Below are positions 57,284-64,000 of a DNA stretch of 64,000 nucleotides, piece after piece. The stretch is from NCBI GenBank assembly GCA_963674735.2, contig CAXXQS010000001.1:1056001-1120000 (forward strand), given 5' to 3'. Position numbers and translations under genes: made by a program. The notes under the pieces are model-generated. The model made no database searches. It had not been told where the DNA came from and saw nothing but the letters and a program-made list of their open reading frames with translations. The stretch's first letter is position 1. The number at the start of each line of letters is the position of its first letter. The stretch is from Myxococcota bacterium. Lineage in GTDB: Bacteria; Myxococcota_A; SURF-8.

Positions 57284-57291
57284 GTGTTATC

Positions 57292-59070
57292 GTGTCGCAG
57301 AAAAAAAGAAATAAAAACAACGCAGGCGGCAACAAGCCGCATCCCGGATCAAAATGGGGAGGGGCTCGGGCTCAAGTTCCCGCCCAAGCGGATCGGATCG
57401 AACGCTTGGTTGATCGGGATGCCTATGGAATTGAATACGATAACGTAATACCTCTTGCCAGGCTAAAGTATTTATTCATGATTGGTATTCCCATCGTCGT
57501 TCTATCGGGGATCATGATAGGGCTGTCTATTGCCCATTTGCTGGGGAAGACCAATAACAACACAAACACCGCCATGGCGGCCAGTGTGTTGCAGACCAAC
57601 ACTCCCCATACATTATCGCAAACTGCGGGCAAAATAAATTCAGAGATTGAAACAAATCCCAAGCCTGATAGCAACACCACGGTGCGATCGAATGTCCGCA
57701 ACGGATCGGTTCCTTCTATCGAGCGCACCGTTTCCATGGCGCAAGCAACCAACTCTTCTGACGGTCTTTTCGGTAACTCAGAGACACCTTCGGCCGCCGT
57801 TCCCAAATCTTTCGCCCCAAACTGGCCCTGCAAGTCGAATTTTCAATGCTCTACGGAGCAGTATTGCAATTTTTCCAATGGTATCTGCCAAGTGGAAGTT
57901 CCGTTGTTTGAAGAAACGTCTGAACCGAGAATGTTATCGGTCTCTCCTCTGGATGCCGCTCCGGGTGATGTGGTTATCATCGATGGAGTTAACTTGCATA
58001 TCGAGGAACACCGGCGTGATCGCTATTGGGTCAATGGCGGATGGAAAATTGATGAGCAATTCCTCATGCACACGGTTATCAGTGTCGGAGGCGTCGATAT
58101 CCCCCAATCTTATTGGGGAGACCCGTTTCCGGAGCGCTTGACTTTTGCATTACCCGAAGGGCGTCAGGGATTGGTTGCCGTCACACACAATGATTCCGGT
58201 TTTTCATTTCAGTCCAACCATAAAATACGCTCGGTGGGCTCTAAGGGGGCAATGGTTGCCTGTGGACTATCCAATCCTCCCGCAACCGGCCTGAAGGCGG
58301 CCAAACCATACGAAATCGGCCCTTATGGCGCCGGCTTCAAAGACGTTCATGTGCCGTTTCCGTTAACGAGAATTTACTATCCTGCGCTATGCGGAGGCGT
58401 TCGTACGCCTCCTGCAAAAGGGCATTTTCCAATCGCCGTCATGTTGTCGGGAAACGGGTCGACCCCCTACAATTATGAGTTTCTCGGGAAATACTTGGCA
58501 TCCTGGGGATTTGTCGTTATTAACCCGAGTACCCGTGATCCCCAAGAGCTTAAGCGCCTTTACACCCGTCATATTATTTCCGCAAACACTTGGCTGCCTT
58601 TCCTGAAGGGTAGAGTCGATGCGTCTCAAGTTGTGTTGATCGGGCATTCCCGCGGCTGTGAACGTGCTCAGAACCTAGTTGCCAAAGACGATAAACGGAT
58701 AAAGGGATTCGTATATATGGGACCGTTTAATCCCACCCAGACTTTGGGGAAAACCGTTTTGTTCATCGCTGCTGAATACGATATGCAGGGAAAAGCCCCC
58801 AACGTCAGGCACCTTTGGGATCGCCAGATATCCCCTCGATATTATATCAATATAAAAGGTGGAAATCACAGCCAATTTACAGACTCACGGCATTGGGATC
58901 TTGTTCCGGAAGATGATGGAAAACCTCTGATTTCAAGGAACCAACAGCAAGAAATTACCCAGACATACATTTTAACATTCCTCCAAAGCGCTATGGGACA
59001 GCAGGAATTATTTCCCTTTGTTCTTCAGGGGCAGTATACTCCCGACGAAGTTATCTTCGAGTCGAGGTGA
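57292..59070 (+). CDS. Membrane-anchored alpha/beta hydrolase (chlorophyllase/cutinase-like) with a Cys motif and IPT/TIG domain
   Basis: One TM; S/T/N linker; CKSNFQC..C..C; IPT-like SVSP..A.PGD.V.I.G; LASWGFVV; putative triad GHSRG, AEYD, GGNH. Confidence 0.78.
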   Translation: MSQKKRNKNNAGGNKPHPGSKWGGARAQVPAQADRIERLVDRDAYGIEYDNVIPLARLKYLFMIGIPIVVLSGIMIGLSIAHLLGKTNNNTNTAMAASVLQTNTPHTLSQTAGKINSEIETNPKPDSNTTVRSNVRNGSVPSIERTVSMAQATNSSDGLFGNSETPSAAVPKSFAPNWPCKSNFQCSTEQYCNFSNGICQVEVPLFEETSEPRMLSVSPLDAAPGDVVIIDGVNLHIEEHRRDRYWVNGGWKIDEQFLMHTVISVGGVDIPQSYWGDPFPERLTFALPEGRQGLVAVTHNDSGFSFQSNHKIRSVGSKGAMVACGLSNPPATGLKAAKPYEIGPYGAGFKDVHVPFPLTRIYYPALCGGVRTPPAKGHFPIAVMLSGNGSTPYNYEFLGKYLASWGFVVINPSTRDPQELKRLYTRHIISANTWLPFLKGRVDASQVVLIGHSRGCERAQNLVAKDDKRIKGFVYMGPFNPTQTLGKTVLFIAAEYDMQGKAPNVRHLWDRQISPRYYINIKGGNHSQFTDSRHWDLVPEDDGKPLISRNQQQEITQTYILTFLQSAMGQQELFPFVLQGQYTPDEVIFESR

Positions 59071-59094
59071 CTTCGGCCTCTGGAGGAAAAATAC

Positions 59095-60288
59095 ATGGTG
59101 GGAACGGAAATCCTGGCGATCGTTTCAGCTGGGATGGTCAGTCTGGGGCTGTTTGAGAACTGGCTACACAGAAGGCGGCTGCGGAAGATTCCCAACCGAG
59201 TTCATGTGGCTGGAACTCGTGGAAAGTCTAGTGTTACCAGGCTGATTGCAGCTGGCATGAACGGCGCGAATATCCCAACAGTAGCAAAGACGACGGGTAC
59301 GACAGCTCGCATGATCTTCCCGAATGGACGCGAAGTCCCGGTCTATCGTCCCGCCGGTGCCAACATTATCGAACAGAAACGCATTGTTTCGGCTGCTGCG
59401 GGTGTAAAGGCTGAAGGCTTGGTAATGGAATGTATGGCGCTTCAGCCGATGCTGCATTATGTGGCCGAGCGCTACTTTGTTCGAGCTACTCATGGTGTGA
59501 TTTCCAATGTCAGAGCCGACCATCTGGATGTTATGGGTCCGGGAGAGGACGACGTCGCCAGAGCCCTGGCGGGTATGATTCCGCCGAAAGGTGTTTTGTA
59601 TACGGCCGAGCAGCGTCACTTGCATATCTTGGCCGACGTTGCCAAAGATCGTCAAACCCGATTGGTATCCATTGACGAACATGATATCGAATCCGTCAGC
59701 GACGATGATATGGCGGGGTTCTCTTATGCCGAGCACAAAGAGAATGTGGCATTGGCTCTGAGAATTCTTGCCGATTTCAATATTGATCGTCAAACGGCTT
59801 TGCAGGGGATGTGGAAGGTCAAACCCGATCCGGGAGCTTTATCCGAGCATATTTTGGATTACTTCGGCCGTCGAATCATTTTCGTCAACGGATTTGCAGC
59901 GAACGATCCGGAGTCGACGGAGCGTATTTGGCACTGGGCGGTCGAGAAATATTCGGATGTGGATAAGGTGGTCGGTGTGTTCAACTTACGATCCGACCGC
60001 CCGTCACGAACCCAGCAGTTGGTCCGCGATGTCGATTTCTGGAAAGAGGCGGACCGAATTGTGTTGATGGGCACCGGTTCTTATTTGTTTGCCAAGCTGG
60101 CTACGGGCCTTGGAGTCGATCTTGCGCATTTCTTCATTTCGGAAGGAACGCGTACGGAAGACATATTCGAAACGATATTGGGCGCTTGTGGCAAGACTAC
60201 ATTAGTGGTTGGAATGGGGAACATCGGCGGACATGGTCTCGATTTAGTCCGCTACTTCAGAAATCGTGCGATTCCGGAGAATTCCTGA
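59095..60288 (+). CDS. pgsB: Poly-gamma-glutamate synthase PgsB/CapB
   Basis: HVAGTRGKSSVTRLI, AKTTGT, ANIIEQ, ECMALQP, NVRADHLDVMGP, FAANDPEST and GNIGG motifs. Confidence 0.96.
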   Translation: MVGTEILAIVSAGMVSLGLFENWLHRRRLRKIPNRVHVAGTRGKSSVTRLIAAGMNGANIPTVAKTTGTTARMIFPNGREVPVYRPAGANIIEQKRIVSAAAGVKAEGLVMECMALQPMLHYVAERYFVRATHGVISNVRADHLDVMGPGEDDVARALAGMIPPKGVLYTAEQRHLHILADVAKDRQTRLVSIDEHDIESVSDDDMAGFSYAEHKENVALALRILADFNIDRQTALQGMWKVKPDPGALSEHILDYFGRRIIFVNGFAANDPESTERIWHWAVEKYSDVDKVVGVFNLRSDRPSRTQQLVRDVDFWKEADRIVLMGTGSYLFAKLATGLGVDLAHFFISEGTRTEDIFETILGACGKTTLVVGMGNIGGHGLDLVRYFRNRAIPENS

Positions 60289-60734
60289 TGTTTGAATTGC
60301 TACCGTTGTCTGTCGGGATAGGATTGGGGGTGGGACTGCTGTTTACCGAACTCTTCGGTTTGGCAACAGGCGGTCTGATCGTTCCGGGGTATATGGCTTT
60401 GGCCTTGCACCGACCTTACGATATTTTGGTGACGCTTGTTGCCGCGTTCGCGACTTTTGCCATCGTCCGTGCGCTTTCCATGTTTTTAATCGTTTTTGGA
60501 CGACGCCGAACGGCACTGATGATTCTCGTCGGCTATATGATCGGCATGATTGTGAACGAATGGCCAGGGCTGCTTCAGGTCGATTACGACGTGATCGGCT
60601 TCATCATTCCGGGATTGATTGCCATATGGATGGACAGACAGGGGATTATGCAAACCCTGGCTTCCCTTACTATCGTTTCAATCGTGGTCCGGCTCATCCT
60701 GATTCTTGCGGTAGGTCAGGAGGCGCTGTCATGA
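60288..60734 (+). CDS. pgsC: Poly-gamma-glutamate biosynthesis protein PgsC/CapC
   Basis: GGLIVPGYMAL, FGRRR and IGFIIPGLIA..MDRQG; TGATG coupling to pgsB. Confidence 0.95.
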   Translation: MFELLPLSVGIGLGVGLLFTELFGLATGGLIVPGYMALALHRPYDILVTLVAAFATFAIVRALSMFLIVFGRRRTALMILVGYMIGMIVNEWPGLLQVDYDVIGFIIPGLIAIWMDRQGIMQTLASLTIVSIVVRLILILAVGQEALS

Positions 60735-61876
60735 AAAAAATATACTGGCGCCCACAACGCATTTCCCTTCGTTTGCTGTGGGTTGTCGCTTTAATAGGGA
60801 TTGCCGGGCTCATCGTTGTCGAGACTTATACGGTTCGCGAAAAGCAACCGCATTACACCGAAAAAATCAAGGCCGCCCGGCTAGCCAAAGAAGCCTTCGA
60901 GGTGATTCGGCAGGAACGATTGCGTCTCGGTCATACGTTCGACCCGGAGTCCGATCCGGCCGGAACCGGCTTGATCGGTCAGCTACTAACTCCGGTCACC
61001 ACCAACCCCGGACATTTGCCCGCCAAACAGACAACCGCGAACCCGAATTTCGCGGCTGTTATCGTGCATCTTCTCAAACGGGCGGATGTCGAAGAAGGCG
61101 ACAAAGTGGCGGTAGGGTTTTCGGGGTCGTTTCCGGCCATTAATACCTGTGTTCTGGCCGCACTCCAAACATTGAAACTTCAGGCTATCATTATTTCGAG
61201 TGTCGGATCGTCGCAGTGGGGAGCGAATATCCCCACCTTCATGTGGCCGGACATGGAGCGGGTGTTAGCTGAAAAGCGCCTGTTCAATTACCGTTCCGTG
61301 GCGATTTCCCGTGGTGGAATCGATGATCGCGCTCTTGGATTGACCAAAGATTCGCGTCGAGCGCTTGATGTCGTCATTGAACGCAGTGGTATCCCAGCTC
61401 TGACGGTCAGCAACTATGGAGAGAGCGTCGAAAAACGCATGAGTCTCTATCAGGAATTCGCAGGAGAAGATAAGATAACCGCTTATCTCAATGTGGGTGG
61501 AGGAACGACGTCTGTCGGCACGAAGGTGGGGAAACGGATGTTTGATCCGGGGCTTAACCGTTCGGTGCCGCGAGGTGCGTATGATATCGATTCGGTCATG
61601 ACCCGCTACGCCATGGACGGTATTCCGATTATTCACATGATCAAGATCGACACACTTGCGGAACGCTATGGATTGCCTTTGCAGCCGACCGTTATGCCCA
61701 AAGTCGGAGAAGGAAAAATCTTTTACAAAGAGGTGCATTCCACCGAATTGGCAGCTGCCGTCTTGTTGACGATCATCGTTCTGTTAACGGCGTTTATCCG
61801 ACAGGACTGGGGATACCGCATGTTGAATGCCGGGAAAAAAGAATCGAAAGAAAGCTCACCGGAGCCCATGGTTTAG
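60731..61876 (+). CDS. pgsW: Poly-gamma-glutamate system protein PgsW
   Basis: TGLIG...TT..G.L.AK.T..NPNFAA, SGSFP, SSQWGAN and NVGGG; N- and C-terminal TM; ATGA overlap with pgsC. Confidence 0.88.
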   Translation: MKKIYWRPQRISLRLLWVVALIGIAGLIVVETYTVREKQPHYTEKIKAARLAKEAFEVIRQERLRLGHTFDPESDPAGTGLIGQLLTPVTTNPGHLPAKQTTANPNFAAVIVHLLKRADVEEGDKVAVGFSGSFPAINTCVLAALQTLKLQAIIISSVGSSQWGANIPTFMWPDMERVLAEKRLFNYRSVAISRGGIDDRALGLTKDSRRALDVVIERSGIPALTVSNYGESVEKRMSLYQEFAGEDKITAYLNVGGGTTSVGTKVGKRMFDPGLNRSVPRGAYDIDSVMTRYAMDGIPIIHMIKIDTLAERYGLPLQPTVMPKVGEGKIFYKEVHSTELAAAVLLTIIVLLTAFIRQDWGYRMLNAGKKESKESSPEPMV

Positions 61877-61886
61877 GAGACTCCAG

Positions 61887-63002
61887 ATGGCTGGATGGCA
61901 GATACCGCAATGGATGAGAACTGAAATTTGGAGTAACGAGATCGTCGACTGGTCGGTTGTGGTGCTGTTGGTTCTCTTATTGGTTGTCGCTATGCAGGGA
62001 GTTAAACGATTCGTTTTATCGCGGATCGGCAAGCAGGAGGACGGCGACAGCTCCAATTGGTCAAAGACGCTGAAAGAGACGCTCGGGCGCACAAGCCTTT
62101 TACTGTTCGTTGTTCTGGCGGTTGGGGTTGTATCGAAAATATTGTTTCTACCGAGCGGGGTCGAGGAGGTGCTCGGACAACTGTCGGTTCTTGCCATTAT
62201 CCTGCAGTTTGGGCTCTGGGCCGACTACTTTGCTACGGTTGCCATCCGCCGCTGGTTTAAAGCTGACAATGGGGCCGAGCAGCCGACTGCCGGTGCGACG
62301 ATAGTCCGCATTCTGGCCCGAGTTTTTGTCTGGTCCGGCATTTTGATTCTCATTCTGGACAATCTGGGAGTCAATGTTCTCACCTTGATTGCCGGTCTGG
62401 GGGTTGGGGGTGTGGCCATCGGTCTGGCTACACAAAGTATCTTCAGCGATCTATTTGCCTCTTTCTCGATTATCTTGGATAAGCCTTTTGCTGTCGGAGA
62501 CTTCGTCATTCTCAACGATATGATGGGAACGGTGGAGCGTATCGGACTGAAATCGACTCGGATTCGTAGCTTGAGCGGAGAACAATTGGTTTTCTCAAAC
62601 AACGATATGCTGCAGAGCCGTATCCGCAATTACAAAAACATTCAGATTCGCCGTAATGTTATCGCGGTCGGCGTTGAATACTCAACTTCGGCTGAGAAGT
62701 TGCGGATGATCCCCGGTATCGTTGAGTCCATCATCAATGGATTGGAAAAAACAACCTTCGATCGCGCCCATTTCCGAAGTTTCGGTGATTTTTCGTTGGT
62801 TTTTGAATTTGTTTACTTTGTTCATGATCCTGAGTATCGGTATTTTATGGATATCCAGGAAAAATTCAACTTGGCGTTGTGTGATCGCTTCCGTGAAGAG
62901 GGAATCGAGTTCGCTTTCCCCACGCAAACGTTGCATCTGTTCGGACGCGAAACGAAGTCGCGGGAGCACATGTCCGGCGAGCTTGCTGATTCCGGAATGT
63001 AA
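61887..63002 (+). CDS. Small-conductance mechanosensitive channel (MscS family)
   Basis: AGLGVGGVAIGLA, DKPFAVGD, IGLKSTRIR and GIEFAFPT motifs; AGGAG RBS. Confidence 0.93.
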   Translation: MAGWQIPQWMRTEIWSNEIVDWSVVVLLVLLLVVAMQGVKRFVLSRIGKQEDGDSSNWSKTLKETLGRTSLLLFVVLAVGVVSKILFLPSGVEEVLGQLSVLAIILQFGLWADYFATVAIRRWFKADNGAEQPTAGATIVRILARVFVWSGILILILDNLGVNVLTLIAGLGVGGVAIGLATQSIFSDLFASFSIILDKPFAVGDFVILNDMMGTVERIGLKSTRIRSLSGEQLVFSNNDMLQSRIRNYKNIQIRRNVIAVGVEYSTSAEKLRMIPGIVESIINGLEKTTFDRAHFRSFGDFSLVFEFVYFVHDPEYRYFMDIQEKFNLALCDRFREEGIEFAFPTQTLHLFGRETKSREHMSGELADSGM

Positions 63003-63176
63003 AGCTGGCTGTGCTGTCGATTCTCGGTTCTGAAACCGCCGAAAGCACTTGACTTCCAAAGAGATTCCGCGTTATCTATACCTACTTCAGAGGATGATCA
63101 CACCCTCGAAACCTTGGGGCACAAATGAGTCCCGGTTTTATGCACGGATGTGCATGTATTTTTCAAGGAGGCTTCA

Positions 63177-64000
63177 ATGCACGAAAACTTCGTATTCAGT
63201 TCAGAGTCGGTGACTGAGGGACATCCCGACAAGGTGGCCGACCAGATTTCCGATGCCATTCTCGATAATATCATTGCATGTGACACCAAAGCCCGCGTGG
63301 CTTGTGAAACGTTAGTGACGACGGGATTGGCCGTTGTCGCAGGCGAAATCACCACCGAATGCTATGTGGACATCCCGAAACTGGTACGTGAAACCATCGA
63401 GAACATCGGCTATACCGATGCCCGGATGGGATTCGATTGTAATACCTGTGCTGTGGTGTCGACCATCGACAAGCAGTCCTCCGACATCGCGATGGGAGTG
63501 GATAAGAAAGATCCCAAGCTTCAGGGTGCCGGGGATCAAGGCATGATGTTCGGGTATGCCTGTGACGATACACGCGATTTGATGCCGCTTCCCATCTTTC
63601 TGGCGCACGCACTGACCAAGCGATTGGCCGTCGTGCGCAAAAAGAATATCCTCGATTTTCTACGACCCGACGGAAAATCCCAGGTCACCGTGCAGTTCGA
63701 AAAAAACAAGCCTGTGCATATTCCCGCCGTTGTCATTTCGACCCAGCATAACGCGCATGTCAGCCACAAAAATTTGCGTGCCGCGATTATCGACGAAGTC
63801 ATTATGAAGGCTATCCCTAAGGCTTATCTCAAGTTGATCGACAAGAAAACCAAGTTCCACATCAACCCGACCGGCAATTTTATCATTGGCGGTCCCCAAG
63901 GCGATTGCGGCTTGACGGGCCGGAAGATTATCGTCGATACCTACGGTGGTTGGGGGCACAACGGCGGTGGAGCTTTCTCGGGCAAAGATCCCAGCAAGGT
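63177..64000 (+). CDS. metK: S-adenosylmethionine synthetase (3'-partial)
   Basis: Translated by hand: [19 protein letters not shown]...GAGDQG...[25 protein letters not shown]-like [19 protein letters not shown]; runs off the window end. Confidence 0.97.
   Translation, partial: MHENFVFSSESVTEGHPDKVADQISDAILDNIIACDTKARVACETLVTTGLAVVAGEITTECYVDIPKLVRETIENIGYTDARMGFDCNTCAVVSTIDKQSSDIAMGVDKKDPKLQGAGDQGMMFGYACDDTRDLMPLPIFLAHALTKRLAVVRKKNILDFLRPDGKSQVTVQFEKNKPVHIPAVVISTQHNAHVSHKNLRAAIIDEVIMKAIPKAYLKLIDKKTKFHINPTGNFIIGGPQGDCGLTGRKIIVDTYGGWGHNGGGAFSGKDPSK

Overview
A chromosomal window of roughly 53% GC (estimated by eye). Gene content suggests a Myxococcota/deltaproteobacterial lineage: the cinA-recA-pilT-recX-alaS order, a Ser/Thr kinase with PEGA domain, an FHA-TM-TPR protein and Cys-rich repeat lipoproteins. 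This placement is inference. About 40 CDS are supported. Housekeeping genes include pssA, alaS, recA, recX, lgt, rlmD, comEC, a stand-alone fusA and a partial metK. Catabolic genes include NamZ, a kynurenine formamidase-like cyclase, tryptophanase, an acyl-CoA dehydrogenase, GH4 plus a PfkB kinase, and a GH5 endoglycoceramidase-like enzyme. Redox and folding genes include VKOR-DsbA, MsrBA and a degenerate ApbE. There is also a poly-gamma-glutamate cluster (pgsB-pgsC-pgsW) flanked by a membrane-anchored hydrolase, a 48-aa sORF and MscS. The dominant feature is a 4574-aa lipoprotein with six Ig-like domains and about 58 tandem six-cysteine acidic repeats. The other strongest leads are: a shared acidic/'DGD' segment after the lipobox Cys in four unrelated lipoproteins; a terminator with a possible antiterminator just upstream of the tryptophanase RBS; and a structured metK leader. 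No rRNA, tRNA, CRISPR array or mobile element was seen. All calls come from reading motifs by eye; no searches were run.
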